Positions 63,971 to 64,000 of a DNA stretch of 64,000 nucleotides are shown here, one piece after another. Every line of letters begins with the position of its first letter. Position 1 is the first letter of the stretch. Location: NCBI GenBank assembly GCA_944385365.1, contig CALWWW010000004.1, forward strand, positions 7,297-71,296, in the 5' to 3' direction. A program made the position numbers and the translations under genes. This DNA comes from an uncultured Oscillospiraceae bacterium. GTDB taxonomy: Bacteria; Bacillota; Clostridia; Oscillospirales; Oscillospiraceae. The notes below the pieces were generated by a model. It was not told where the DNA came from and made no database searches. It was given only the letters and a program-made list of their open reading frames with translations.

Positions 63971-64000
63971 TGCTGGTATTGCGCCGCAAGGCAGGCGAAT
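63970..64000 (+). CDS. csrA: Carbon storage regulator CsrA (5' fragment, truncated by the window end)
   Basis: MLVLRRKAGE, overlapping the fliW stop; canonical fliW-csrA order. Confidence 0.8.
   Translation, partial: MLVLRRKAGE

Noticed and set aside
1-64000. tRNA, rRNA, transposase, integrase or phage genes
   Set aside because: None recognised by eye in any ORF or intergenic gap. tRNAscan-SE and Rfam runs would be needed to exclude small RNAs formally.

Overview
A GC-rich chromosomal window from a motile, spore-forming Clostridia-class anaerobe (gene content suggests Oscillospiraceae; this is inference). It is probably origin-proximal, since it carries parAB and three parS palindromes. About 56 CDSs are supportable. 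Housekeeping genes include ppdK, lepA, rnhA, serS, parA/parB, lexA, rlmD, minD, an mgsA-like gene, hisS, aspS and pdxK. There is also a GT-C/GtrA/GT2/alanine-racemase-like envelope operon, four SLH-domain surface proteins (one of 1901 aa), a PerR-rubrerythrin-ferredoxin oxidative-stress block, several transporters, two chemoreceptors, a diguanylate cyclase and a large EAL protein. The window ends in the start of a flagellar late operon (flgM-flgN-flgK-flgL-DUF6470-fliW-csrA). I saw no tRNA, rRNA, CRISPR array, integrase or transposase. The most notable observations: (i) a giant SLH-anchored PHP-metallohydrolase/OB-fold protein followed by a YibE/F membrane protein, a candidate surface nucleic-acid or phosphoester scavenging system; (ii) an SLH-CHAP hydrolase gene tightly bracketed by parS sites; (iii) a hemerythrin-EAL-MCP operon and flgM driven by back-to-back sigma28-type promoters that share a 12-bp inverted repeat; (iv) active-site-divergent Alr and MgsA homologues; (v) a terminator-containing leader before a PAS chemoreceptor; (vi) a 56-aa Cys-rich gene, absent from the ORF track, behind a sporulation-type promoter. 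All family assignments come from motif recognition by eye; no database search was run.
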